DNA from: Trichoplax adhaerens
Taxonomy: Eukaryota > Animalia > Placozoa
Direction of reading: 5' to 3'
DNA length: 64,000 bases
NCBI RefSeq assembly: GCF_000150275.1
Contig: NW_002060946.1
Span: 7,670,829-7,734,828, forward strand
In this document: positions 26,396 through 40,544 of the stretch, piece by piece
Position numbering within the stretch: the first letter of the stretch is position 1
Layout: each line of letters begins with the position of its first letter
Notes under the pieces: model-generated
Database searches by the model: none
What the model was told of the DNA's origin: nothing
Seen by the model: only the letters and a program-made list of their open reading frames with translations
Program-made: the position numbers and the translations under genes

Positions 26396-29300
26396 TTAGT
26401 TTAAAGCAAAATGAATCATCTATCGCGGTGAAATAACTTAAAACTATTGCAATTTGTTTCTTTTCCTCATTTATCTATTCTATATGACTTTAACAATTGT
26501 TAAATTCAAGTTTCTACATACGCTGATGTTGGTTAGTACATTGCAATACATCAAGGATAATGACGTTCAATGTAATTGCTGATACATTGTTTGCTTTATT
26601 ATTTATGGACATAGATTAATAGCGAATAAAGCTTGACAAATATGAAAACAAGTAACGTGATTTATTTTTTAAAATGAAAATACCAACAGTTCATTGTCTA
26701 GTTAACATCATATAATGTACACTGGCGCTAATATATCGATGAATTAATGAGAAATGATTATTAAATGCTGGTTTTAATTCAAAATGGACCTTAATTTACA
26801 TCAGAAGATGGGTTAAATTTCTGTAATTATTCGCATAAAGCGGCTAAAAACGACAACAAACTCTAAATCTAAAATGTAGGTAGGGAGGTTTTTGAGTTCT
26901 ATTTATGAGGGTCTGCGAAATCATACTGACTAATTTCAAAACGAACCTAATTACGTCAAATATTCAAGTAATCCTTCATAAGTTGCATAAATTTGCAAAG
27001 ATGCGTAAATACTGACGCTTGTCTTTGCAATAAAGCACATATCACAATAATCTCAGTAGTGCATACTTCTAAATATGGTATAGTCTACAATCTACATTAA
27101 TTTCCACCTAGACTGTAACATAAGTCCTTATTTTTATAATCTACATTTAACTATTCATACCTTGGACGTCTCCTATACTCTTGCTTGATTGTATTGTAGA
27201 AATATCGTAATATAGAATGAACCTATTCTTAATAGTCACTTTTATTTTACGAATAATTTCCTCCTGTTGCGTTTCTTACATTATAAGAGCGCTAATCTTG
27301 TATCTATCTTGTTAGTTAGTTCTGCTAGTTATGCGGTAAGCTTGTGCACTTTACCTATTCTACATCACTGTAGCTATTCGACTAGTCACGTCGTTGCATA
27401 CGCTACAACATTATACGGATTTTCTCTTGTACTAATAGCAATAAACTCTACTTCTCTGCTAATTTAACTCTGGTAATTTAATTGCAATTGTGACGGACTC
27501 TAAACCTTCCGAAAAATCTTAATTTCAATTATACGCATGTAATCTATAAGTTAATGCTTACAAGCAAGAAGCTAAGCAAAAATTACGAGTAATCGTAAAT
27601 TTCTCCTTGGCTTTAGAACATGTTGAATAAGACATATAAGCATTCGTTATAATGTTTATCACTGAGGAGATTAGATTAGTGAAGCCTGCTGTATGCATAC
27701 ATATGTACTGAAATAACATTAATAGGTTAGTCTTATATAGACCGCTTCTAGCTTAGACGTATTGAATATTCAAATAGCCTTGACTTATTATCAGACAGTG
27801 GAATTGAAATTAATTATCAAATATGTTAGTTGAAATTGTCCAGCTCATAATTCAAATCGTTGGGAGCTTAAATATTGTGCCTTATAGTATAGAAGAATGC
27901 CTAAATTGGAATGTTCCATGAAAGGACATGCTGTAATCTGAATATCTAATGTTAGTCGTTGGATAGCTCTACCCTTAGGTATTGCTGCCTTTTTCAAGGC
28001 TTAATTTCAGATTGTTAAGTTAGCTATCTCATGGATGATTGATTAACATTGCTAACAGAAAAAAATTTTCATATATTAAATCATTAATAAATAGTTTAAG
28101 AACTGATACTGCCATTTATTGCCAATGGCTATAATGGTAAGTTTTATCATGCAGACCCTTGTCTTCGAAACCGATCGAAAAATCGATACCAATGCAATTC
28201 TAGACTAACAGATCTTATCAAACTATTTAATTCTTACATTTCCCAATAAATCTGTAAATGATGAAAAATCAATAATTTATTGAATGCATTGCATAATTTC
28301 GTATGTGAAATGGCTATAGGAGTCATTAATGTTAATAAAAATTCTGACAGTGAAGATTTAGTTCCTGGTTCTTTAGCTTCTTTACGACTAAATAATCATT
28401 AGTAAGAATTTCTAATCATAAACTATAAAGTCACGCAATACAGTTGACAGCGGTATTTATAATCAATATCATATCATGATTACATCATAAAATGGGAATG
28501 TTAAAGATTTAAGATTTTACTTTAAATTTTACATAACAGGCAAGCACATTAATTAAGGATTGAAGTCTGGTCAGTGCCTCTACGTTGATATTTAACCAGT
28601 AGGAAATGATCATTTACCGTTCTATTAAGGAGTGCGTTATAGCTCATTAAGCTATAAATAATTACAGTAAGAATTGGATATATTAACGCCAATACTAAAT
28701 TTCTATAATAAATCTTCTGTAATTCATCCCTATCATTTAACTTAACAATGCGCCTAAAGAATGCAAAAAGTTATGATAATTAATAACTTTTTACTTTAAC
28801 CTTTAAATGTCAACATTTTTCAAAATACATGCATTTATATAGTTGGTTGTAATTTCTATATTTAGAAGTTAACATATTATATCGTAGTTACATTTATATA
28901 ATAACAACAGCTATTGTTGTTAAATAATTGTTACTGATGATAGCAATCTAGTAGACTCATTTTACATATGAGATAATTAACGCAGGATATTTAACAAATT
29001 ATATGAAAAGCAAATATATTTATACTTATCAGAAGGTGTACGAATTAGCAAAATTTAACAAACATAATTTCTCCAATTGTAAATACTCTATGTTGTGAAT
29101 GTGTTATCGTACCACCCTGCCACAATATAGTCATTGCGCGGTAAAAAGATGTTACACTTTCATATACTGAGAGAATGCATGGGCCAGTAAGTACCTAGAT
29201 CTGAAGATCTATTTATAGTAATTGCTGTTTGCTAAAGATACTCCAACTAAAGTTGTAAGATACACTGACGATTTTACTTCTTTATTCAGTTGTTGCAACT

Positions 29301-32300
29301 AATTGCTAGGGGAATCCTTCATAATTACAGCGATTGCAATCTTACACTTATCCTGTCTCTGCTACTTTATTTTCCCGTAACTTACTAGCATGCGTATCCT
29401 TATATACGTAAACTGTGCATTAAATACGGTTGCAATACCGTACCAAACCGATATCTATATAACTTATACAGCATTGAGTTGGGTGATTTGCTTCAAACTA
29501 CACCGTCGGTAACAGCCGTAGTTTCGGTGATATAGTATATCAAATACAAAATCATAATAAAGATAGAAATATAGTGTTTACAGAATGGGTAATTTTTCTT
29601 ATATAATAACTCGGATATACATATTTTAGCAGTGTCTACAAATGCTTGCTATTCTATTTCACGAAAGATTGAAATTTTATTATAAATTATCCGCGTCAAA
29701 TAAACTATTATTGTGATTAGTAATCATAAGTTAGGTTTCGTAGTATTAATAAATATGCAGACAGGTTCTCTTATATTCTTCAATTACATTATTCTCAATT
29801 TCATACTTCTAATACTTGAATTAACTTTTTAGGGTCATAATATCTTGCAGGTAGTTACATCGTTATCGTTAAAACTAGTAATGGTCTCTACTAATCTTGA
29901 TATCAAAAACTTTAAACGCGAAATATATCTAGACTTTCTAAGTACGGTATAGAGTTCATAGTTAGACTACAAAATGACGTTATAACTATCTTATCAAATT
30001 TTTATTACTCGCAATTACATACATGAACTAAGATGCACTGAAAAAGTAACCCGTATTGAGACCTTTAAGACAAACTTTATAAAATGTGAGCTAGCTCGTC
30101 CTATTCATAGCTAATTTCAGCAATTTTGAAATGACTCTTTCCGATGTATAAGGCTAGAGTTAAACCAAGCGGTCATAATTAGCAATAATTGCATATACAT
30201 AATTTGATTTCTATAAAATTTTAGTAGATTTCATTAAATCATTAGATATCAAAATCAATTTTATAAGCTAATGATGTCACTGTTATTATCGATCCATTTA
30301 CTGGAATTATTATTTTGCTTTAATACTGTTATAGTTAAATGACGAAAGAGTATAGTTTATTGTCGATACAGCCATCTTTGCATTTTAAAACATTTGTATT
30401 TACATCTGCTGTATATAAATTTGGAATAAGTTAGCAGCTAAATCCTCAATTACTTAATAGCAAAATTTACTAATAATATCAGAGTACAGACCTCTAGCGA
30501 AGGTTTTAAGAGTAGATTTGGCTCTAAGTTGGGGGTGGACGAAAACGGTTTCACGTTAATTATCTCTAGTCAACATTAGAAAATAACTGCACCACACTAA
30601 GTTACGAATATCAAATCTTTACATAGGTCAATATTTTCATCATATCAATCAATATAGCAAATAAACAGATGTCTTTGATTAACGATTATTTAAATTGCAT
30701 TGTACTGGCTTTCCTTCACATGCTATTTTCGGAATTAGCATTATAAGAAATTTCAAATCATAAAATTTAAGATAATACTAGATGATAAGTTTAAAATTTT
30801 TAATATTATTAATGGCTCTAACGTATCACCTCCATTATAAAATACAACTTCAGTTAATAACGTATTTTTATTAACTACACCAAATTATGAATAAACATGG
30901 CATTCAAATTGACAAAATTACTTCATAAATAACATTATAAGCATTGTAAATATTATCTTTCGGTTCTAGAAGTGTTATTTAATTGTCAATATCCGCGGTT
31001 TACATCATCATTACACATTTCATTTTGAAGTAGTATATAAGCTAGACTCATATGCTATATACAAGTTGGAAGTCGATTTAGCTACTGATTTGACTTTAAT
31101 TTCAGAGATTACTGTAGCTAAATTTTTCCCAAGTTAGAGATTTTTAACAAATTTTGTTATTTATCTGAAATCAAATATCTGACTGTATACATTTCCTCTA
31201 AGGAGAAATAGTATAAGTCTTATACTAACCGGTGAAACTAAACTCAATTCACATAATAATAATTTATGAAGTCTCATTGTTTGCTATACTGACCTTGGTA
31301 AACATATGGTACTATACCAAAATTTCACATTGTGAAAATAATATATTGCATCAAAGCGTTCGCTATGAAAACAGTGAATATTTGTTTTATTACTGAAAAA
31401 TTTATAGCTAATTACTTCTTACATTAAACGCTAAGATAATGAATGCGATCAATTCCGCAACTTTTAAGCTAAACCCGCTTTGGTGTTATTATCAGTTACG
31501 GTTACTTTAGCATCAATACCAATGATGAACGGCTAGCTTAGTCACCCTTAATATTACTGTTGCGAGATTACTACACGAGCGTATCATAGAGTAATTACTA
31601 TAATTGAAATTAATTTTGCTTTTTAAAAAAATAATTTATAAAATGCTAGATATATAAATCTATCTGACTGATACTTCTGGTTTTATTGTTCCATTCGTCG
31701 AGAAATATCTGTGCATGCACGAGTATATCTTCTGTTTTATTCCTATCAATTCAGGTATTAATCCGTACTCTTTATTAATTCTGCACGTTAATAACTTACA
31801 GGGCTACAATCTTAGAATTTACGTAATATTTGAAAATTGATTTAAGACATTTTTATTTTCACATCTATAAAGAAAATGTAATTATCAAGTCAAAAAATTA
31901 ATACTTGAAAGAATTTCTCTTTGATTTAAACTACTATAATTTCTATATTATCTCTTTAAAGATATTTCGCTAAAGACAAAAGTAGCTGTAACAATAATTT
32001 TTTCAGGGAATATAATCTACTTAATCAAATTCAAAACAACAGTACGTGTTTGTTATTCAATTATTAGTAAACGAAGCTTTAGCGTATAAAATTTGACTGA
32101 TTCCATTAACAAGCCGTAAGCCATATTTTGCTTTATTTTATGAATCTGATGAATACTAAAAATGCAATATTATCCTTTTGCAGTTGAAAAATTGACTTCG
32201 TTTTATTCAACTTCTAGTTAACCTAAGATGATGCCACTCTCGAGTAATTTTCTTAAATCGATCGGTAACTATATTGAATTTACTTTATGTAAAGTTTAAC

Positions 32301-32634
32301 CTCCGACATGGCATTGACAGTTTTAATTACTGTTTACGCTTGAAATTTGTTACAAATGGTTTATCATCCTTGATTAAGTAGAAAAGTGTCATGCTGTAAT
32401 AAACCTGCTGCTACTATAGCAAGAGAACTAAAGAAATAAATTTTCATTCTTCTGATAAGAATTAATCAAGCAAAGAACTAGACAGAATGAACTGTTAGTC
32501 TTAATTGTCTAGATAACACATTGTAACTATTCATCCGTATATTATTTCTAAGAAATAAAGATAAAAATCCGCTTACTGGTAGTCAATAAATACCCGTTCT
32601 TTGTGGATATAAGTTTAATTATATCATTTTTAAT

Positions 32635-33597
32635 ATGATAAATAACAGCATAGCGAATGAAACCGTCCAAGCCAAAGGTACTGGGGTTTCTGTGATTCCC
32701 CTAGGTATTATTGGATCAATTCTAAATTTGATACTAGTCGGAATTATTTTACTTTCGAAAAAATTGAGAAGCCCATCCTATATTTTTGTTCTTAACCTGG
32801 CCGTTTCAGATTTGTTAATGTCAGTCCAAGTAAGTTTGATTTATGTGATAGATAAAGCTTCATTCGAGTTGACAACATTAATCAGCGACGTTTTATGCAA
32901 GTTGCGCTACTTTGTTATCCTTACTTGTTATAGTGCATCAGTATTAAGCTTGGCTGTAATAAGCCTATATAGACTTGAAGTTGTTCTACAGCCGCTTCGT
33001 CAAAGTTCCATTAAATTCATATTCAATCGCCCTAAAATTACTGTTATATTCATCTGGCTTACTTGCATAATCCTTAATATTCCAGTTATTCTAACAATAA
33101 GATACGATGACCAAATCGGCGTTTGTGACTTATATTTCCCATTGGGTCAGCTATACAGTAGTATATGCTTCGGAATTTTATTGACACTCACTTACTTCAT
33201 CCCTCTTGTGATAATGGTACTAACTTATCACCGCATTGGTATCAGATTACGGGCAACAAATAGTGCGATATTTGTCAGTGGCAGTCGTAATGATCATGGC
33301 CTTAATCATCGTACTAAAATCGCTATCAAATTTTTATCTATAGCAACTGCCATTTATATGCTTTTATCTTGGCCACTGCTGGTCTCATTTCTAATACAAG
33401 CAATACTGGGACTAACTTATTCAGCTATGTATCATAAGTCAAGCGCTGCTGCAGCATTTCACATCATAGCAAATTCTGTAACTTTTATGGTTAGTTTAAT
33501 CAATCCAATTTTATATTTGATCTATGATAAGAATATTAAATTAGAGATTCGAAGATTAAACCGTATAATTATTGCATATTTATTTCGAGACCAATAA
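32635..33597 (+). CDS. Intronless class A GPCR, 320 aa
   Basis: GSILN, NLAVSD, SLYRL, CDLYFPLG, YFIP, SWP, INPILY, DKNIKLEI; seven hydrophobic segments. Confidence 0.93.
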   Translation: MINNSIANETVQAKGTGVSVIPLGIIGSILNLILVGIILLSKKLRSPSYIFVLNLAVSDLLMSVQVSLIYVIDKASFELTTLISDVLCKLRYFVILTCYSASVLSLAVISLYRLEVVLQPLRQSSIKFIFNRPKITVIFIWLTCIILNIPVILTIRYDDQIGVCDLYFPLGQLYSSICFGILLTLTYFIPLVIMVLTYHRIGIRLRATNSAIFVSGSRNDHGLNHRTKIAIKFLSIATAIYMLLSWPLLVSFLIQAILGLTYSAMYHKSSAAAAFHIIANSVTFMVSLINPILYLIYDKNIKLEIRRLNRIIIAYLFRDQ

Positions 33598-36244
33598 AAT
33601 TGATAATTTTAAATTTGCGACCTACCAGTAAGTTCCAGAATAATGTTAAACATCTTAGTTCGCCAAAGTGTAGGTTTTCAAATCAACTCCGCCTATGTAT
33701 CACCATATCGGAAATATTTTATAGATATTTTCAAGATATTGCCAATTTAAACATACTCAATCGAATAGATACTCACTCATAATCGAAAACATGTCTTAAA
33801 GTCAATAATACTTAAATTTCTGGCACAGTACCTTTGAAACCAGCTCATATAGTCCTATAGCAAACTGGAGTATCGCAGTTTATTCGATGTTTCTTCTTAT
33901 TTTATCATTTAATCGCAGAATCATATGTATATGCAATTGTTTCTTCGTCGTCATATCAAGGGGTGACCAACTTAAATCTTATGCTTCTTATGAAATATCG
34001 TTAAAGATGTTAGTAAAATACAGTAAATAAATACTGAATTCAATGGCCGTCATATCACTGAATGAAAGTGAAAAACTTTTCTTATTATATTATTGTTGTT
34101 GCTATTTGTTCAGGGTATCGATCATTGAAAAATTGGTTTACAAAGTTAGCAAGTGTTAACTCCAATAAGTTAGGATGTTATTTTCTATTCCTAAATATTA
34201 GCATTTGATATTTTGAATATTAAGTAAGCTTGACTATAGCTTCCGTCTTGAGATTATCCGTGCAGATCGATCAACTTCTGCAGTCTTAAATAATCTGCTA
34301 ATTTTTTACGGCTATTCCACAGTTTCTGGAATTGCTGATAACTGGTGCCATTAGATTTCATTTAATAAATCGTACGTATCAATTATTTATGATGAAATGA
34401 GACTTAGATATGTGATAAAGCCTATTTATTCTAGAAAATACTACGATGATATAAAAAGTTCATAATTGTTAAAGTAACATTAATTAGTTTATATAAAGAA
34501 GTCTCGAAGTATTAGTTAGGAATATTTAAGGGAAAAGTTTTTGTGTTAGGAAACTGTTAGATTGATAGCAAGATCGATGCGTAATAACGATTTTTATTGT
34601 TCCTCTATTTACGTGTATCTGGTTGCTTAGGATCACTTTTAGAGTTTTATTGGAGAAATGTATCATTATCTTCCCCGCTATACTCACAATTTAATTATAT
34701 TCATGACCGAAATGCTTACTCATCTATAAAAAATCGATATATTACAGCACGCTTTTAAAAAATCAATACCGTAATTTTCATTATTGTCATAACGAAACGT
34801 AGATGATCGAATAAATGTTTACAAATTTTATTTCCATTGAACTTGTTAATGCATACTATCTTGTAAAAATGATGTATTGTGCTGAAGTTTTTGAGGTGTT
34901 TTTGTTCGGGAACTTAATTTAAATGTATTTATACAAAAATGTAACTTCATTTTGTATGTTTTCAGCGCTCTTTCTATTTTAGCAGTGGAGCTAGTACGTT
35001 TTTGAAATTATCTGTCTTAGTAAAATCTGATTTTACATAGCCAGGTAATGAGATATCTTAAGCTTCAATAGGTTAAAAATGAAAAGACGTACATTTGCAA
35101 GGACCCGAAGACAATAAGACGGATAGATAATATTTGAGAGAGAAAACACTTGAATCATAACGATAAACAAGCATAAACTTTCTTGAATCGTTTTATACCT
35201 ATTCTTTTGGCATTTAGTAAATTAATAGGGCTGCATTTATATACCATTACAGCTCGATTAGTTACGGATTACTACGTAGAAGTTTAATGTCAATGTCTAT
35301 GGAATTTACCGATATAAATAAAATGAAAATGAGACGCTATCTAAATATGAATAATAATTGGAGACACAAAACTTTGATTTAATATTTTATCTTTGTAAGT
35401 GTTTTCGCTTTATCGAATTTTCTACAGCAACCTGCAGTTTGCTGATCAAAGCGTCTTTTGAGTAGGAAAGATTTAAATGCACTTTTAATATATATAAAAA
35501 TTATTTTTTTTATATATAAGTATATTCTTATAATTTACATGATTTTAGATATAATTACGCTATTAACGATTATCTATAATTTAGAATTTATTTTTGCAGT
35601 AATTGTTATCAATTAGCATTTAAGCATTCGAGATAGTTGTTGCAACTCTATAAGCATTCATTTAATTAGCAGTATGTTATAGTTATTGACGGACTGTGGA
35701 ACATAATCCTACCATACTGAAGGTGGTTGTCTTATTCAGTATTGCCATACAATGTCATTAGGCTGTTATTGTAAAGAAATGTGCATTGTATAGTAATGTA
35801 TGTATTTTGCTTATTATGCATAATATGAACATTATTATGCTCTTAGAATAGCTCTGTACTATGCATTAGTATCTAAAGAACTTGCTATGCTAGAAATAAA
35901 GGATTAGGTTAGTAACTGCCTTTGCGACTCTTGGATTATTCTTTTGAATATAACAATAGGTAGATAACATGAGAGCAATGACAGCGCCTAGAATAATACT
36001 TTCGGTGATGGCTTTCTAACCTGGAGAATGTACCCTCACATGCTTAGATAAAGCTTTTGTAGACCAGCCCCTTTCCAAACCAACAATAAAAAGAGAAAAT
36101 TTTGAATAGAACCTCGAATTAAATTAATTTAAGCATATGGCTAGCTCAGAAAACGAGTGAATACTATTTTGAGTCGTTACGGTACTACGTTACCTAAATT
36201 ATAGAGTTTAAGAAAGTATTGTTACTGATAGTATTTCAGTGTTA

Positions 36245-36770
36245 TAGTATAAGAAATGCTAGGATTTATTGTACTGGCAACTGTAGGAATTAATATCCTA
36301 TAGTAAATCAATATTTCTCTTGCTTTATTCGAAAAATGAAAGTTATGAACGTTATTGTGTTTTTGTAATGTGATACGGCTATTAGCCAGTAAGGCCTTTT
36401 GTGATTACGCACGTAATTTAGATAAGATTATTCTTTATAAATAAGTTTATCTTTTTATCTAATCATATCATTAAGATGTATCTGGTTTTCTTTATTAAGA
36501 TAAACGGTTATTTATAAGTGTATTTATTGGTTTAAATCAGTTCATTTTCAGGGAGAACAGTCAGTAGTGAGTTACTAAATAAAGCTGCTTTGTAGATTAT
36601 AGTGCAGCATGTCTACTGGTTGCGAGCCTCTTAGAAGGGTAGTTCTTATGCGTTCTAGTAGTCGTACTATATTCTTACTAGATCTTTCAAGAGGCTAGGG
36701 TAGTAATCTGTAGAAGCAACTCAAAGTAAGGGCTTTACGACTAGTAAACTAGTCAGGAAGTAGTAAGTGA
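36245..36770. repeat. Diverged family D repeat
   Basis: Reverse-complement homology by eye to ~44110-44635 (e.g. gaagcaactcaaagt / actttgagttgcttc; gatttattgtact / agtacaataaatc). Confidence 0.65.
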
Positions 36771-37259
36771 CACGAGCATACTTATCTCAAGAGAAAACTA
36801 GTAAGTAACCTTTCTCACAAGCGATTTAAATGTTTATCAAGTTTTTGTCACTGCCAAAGCCATATACGTGCGTTGACAATTTTACTGACTAATCTTTGCT
36901 GCTATCGCTTAAATACTGACAACAGTAGATAATAGTTTTGCATTAAAGAGTAAAATGAACCCGAGATACTGTAGAATCATGCTTGTTTTAGGTTAAAATA
37001 GGATCTCAGTCAAGTACAAAAAGGTTAAAATAAGGGATAATTTTTTACTTAAATAAAACCGAGGCCTTAATAGCTTCGAAATGGCATATACAGTAGTAAA
37101 CATTTCAATTACAAACTATGAAACGAAAATAAAAAATGATAGGCGATTTAAAACAATATAAGAGATTCAAGTATATAATGCACTGTAGCAATAAAAGAAT
37201 AATCTAATTATACTTTACACTTTCATTTTTGATAATTATCATTAATAATTAAATGCATA

Positions 37260-37888
37260 TGTCACAAAATAGCTTTGCAACAAGATAAAGTTATGTACGA
37301 TCAATAAGTCAATTCCTTGAACCACGTATCAAGGAACGATATCTGCTTTATCAGAAACACTTTTTCTCTACTAGCAGACTACACAAAGACTTAGACGCCT
37401 CTTATTTTACATTAAACACTAAGTTTAAGAATTAACTTTGTTACACGATATATTGCGTTTATATACTCTTCAGTAGTTCATGAGTCATAGTTAGTAAGAT
37501 AGACTTTGGAATCATTCACTGAACTAGATATTTTAGCTACTGCTCCCTAATGCAGACAACAGTATTTACGAACATAGACATCTGATGACCAATACAAAAT
37601 TGTCAGATTACGATATGTCCTATCACGAAACATCTTCACGATAATTTACAATCTACCATAAGTTACAATCACAATGATTCGAACTGTAAGTAGATAGTTC
37701 GCTTTCCCTAATATAACTATTAATTTCAGTATATGTATATACGAAACATATATATCACAGTCGCAAAAAGCCAGTGCTTTATTAAAACACAGTATATTCT
37801 AATTAGAAGTTAACTAAATAAGGATAGGCTAACAAAATTATCCTAAAATAGATATTTCTACTCTAATACAATATATAACACTGTCATA
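37260..37888 (-). mobile_element. Family A solo LTR-like element, copy A3
   Basis: TGTCACA...TGTCATA, TSD GCATA (37255-37259 / 37889-37893). Confidence 0.92.
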
Positions 37889-39069
37889 GCATACATTATA
37901 AGCGCAAATATCGCAAATGAAATTAAATGTATGAAACGAAGCATCTTGTATTGGATTGATCACATAGCCAAGACACTAAAGTAAACCATTCAGTACCTTT
38001 TCAATATAAAGCACGTTTTTGACTATATAATATCCTTGTTAGTGGTGAATATAGAAGCAGTAAGTACAGTAAACATAAAATGGAATTATTTAAAATGTGT
38101 AGTATCAGCTGATTTATAATCAGTAATTCAATAAATTTAGGATGGAATTATTCAAAGTTCCGAAGTGTAAGGATACATTTTCAAAAATTACTTTACTTCC
38201 TGGTTAAGAAATCAGTATCTATAATATTGATAGAGTTATAATTTTTGCATAATTACGTTGTAGAAATATATATTAACAGTTGCGTTTTTAGCTTAGTAAA
38301 ATAATTGCCTTCAGATTTCCATTTATATTTGACTACCATGAACTATCATTGCTAAGATTCTGCGTGCAAACTTTTCAATAGCGTACCAAAACTAAAAGAC
38401 AAAAGATATCTACGCTTTGAATGTTAACTATAGCATTCCATGTTAATTAAGTACGTTATTGAATCACAGGACTCTGATAAAAGACAGAAATTAAAAAGCG
38501 CTGGATGAATAGCTCGTCCACTTCAATATAATTACCTATTTTGTATCAAAGAAAAGAGGTCATAAATCTTATATTAAGACATTTTTCGATCGTTTGTGGA
38601 GGAAATTTATGCAACTTAAGAAAACTGAAAATAGCTACTCCTCATCTTGCTCATACGCAGCAACTTAAACGGCTACGCTTTCGATTAAACAATAACTTGA
38701 GAATTAACTTATAATTTTTATTTTATACTTATATAAGTTGTATGCATTGCTTTACAAGATCTGTTCAAGCGATTTAGAAATGAATGACTTATCTGATTAA
38801 TATTCACGAAATGTGTTATTCGGTGGTGCTTCAATATCTAGCTCGAATTGGGTAAATGACGATATGACTCTATAATAGACTAAAGCTACGGTCCCTTTTA
38901 GATATACTGAGATGAAATTGTCATTAATTAAAATTGGCACGATTTTCCAATCTAAATTTCATGATATTTGGATGCAGCCTATAGCCCGATATCGAAGTGT
39001 GATAAAATCCGATCACGAAAATTTATATTGGTAGAAAATTAGAAATTTACTAGATCTAATATGAAAATT

Positions 39070-39453
39070 AGCTACACACAGCTCTACTCTAGCCGAATAC
39101 AAATACTGAAACACTTCTAGAAAGAAAACACTATTTTACTGTGGACTATCATTAATCCAATATGGGCCGATTACAGTATTTGCGCAGACATTATTCCTAC
39201 CATTCCTAGTACAATGAACGAAGCATATCCTAATATTTGATTTGCAGTTCTATTTTTACCTCTAATTTTATTTGTAGCTCTACATCTTACTGTATATAGT
39301 CATCTGTGCTCTAGCATAGAGTCTATCACCACAGTCTATAATTAGAGACTACTAAAAACCGGTATGTCATAAGATAAATATAGAAACGACACTACCGTGC
39401 ATCATACTAAACACGGCTAATAGTCTACAATCACAATACTAAGTTACTTTATA
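39070..39453. mobile_element. Family C repeat, internally deleted and diverged copy
   Basis: Direct homology to 6560-6610 (gctctactctagccgaatac) and to 7150-7462. Confidence 0.7.
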
Positions 39454-39914
39454 TAAAGTAAAGGTTTTCAGAGAAGAATAATTGTAATTTAATGCAGTGA
39501 TATTTTTCAGTCCCAAAACCAGCTTTGCTCAAGTATATTATGATTAACTTCTAGGTATACGTATATAATAGCTATAAAAATTAAAATGTCTCGAAAAATT
39601 TATTCAAAATTTCTTATGTAAGGAGGTCATTATCTGAATATTAAATGATAACTTTCATATCAAGACATTTTTTAAAGGTTGTGTCTAAAATTACAAAAGC
39701 TAATTTTGCTCAATAGAGTCCTCATCTTAAATCTAGATTATAGCGTAGTTTTTTAGGTTTCAAATACATAGAGATCCTGTGTGTGCTGAACGATGGCTTT
39801 CCAAATTTATATCGTGATACACTTACTTTTTCCGTTATCTAATTACAATATAATTGAGAGGTATTTGAGTGCTTCAAGGCTTGTTTTAACTGAGGTAACT
39901 CGGAAGTAGACTGA

Positions 39915-40544
39915 TGTGACAGTGTTATGTACTGTATTAGAGTAGAAATATCTATGTTAGGATAATTCTGTTAGCCTATCCTTATTTTGTTAACTTCTAA
40001 TTTGGATATACTGTGTTTTAATACAGTACTGACTTTTTATGACAGTGACACTTATACACATACTGAAATTAATAGTTATAATAGGGAATGCAAATAATCT
40101 ACTTACAGTTCGAATCATTGTGATTGTAATTTACTTATGGTAGATCGTAAATTATCATGGAAATGTTCCGTGATAGGACATATCGTAATCTGACTATTCT
40201 GTATTAGTCATTACATGTCTATGTTCGTAAATACTGTTGTCTGCATTAAGGGAGCAGTAGCTACAATTAATATCTAATTCAGTAAATGATTCCAATGTTA
40301 ATTATATTAACTATGACTCATGAACTATTGAAGAATAGTATATAAATGTAGCATATCGTGAAATAAAGTAAATTCTCAAACTTAGTGTTTAACGTAAAAT
40401 ACGAGGCGTCTAAGTCTTTGTGTAGTCTGTTAGTAGAGCAAAAGTGTTTGTGATAGTGCAGATATCTTTCCTTGATACGTGGTTCAAGGAATTGACTTAT
40501 TGATCGTATATTGCGTTATCTTGTTGCAAAGTTGTTTTGTGACA
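39915..40544 (+). mobile_element. Family A solo LTR-like element, copy A4
   Basis: TGTGACA at both ends, TSD ACTGA (39910-39914 / 40545-40549). Confidence 0.93.

Noticed and set aside
27040-27495. LTR-like segment with TCACAAT...ATTGTGA ends (similar-looking segments near 10683, 20880, 29091, 35695)
   Set aside because: No matching TSD or second copy found, so boundaries cannot be supported.
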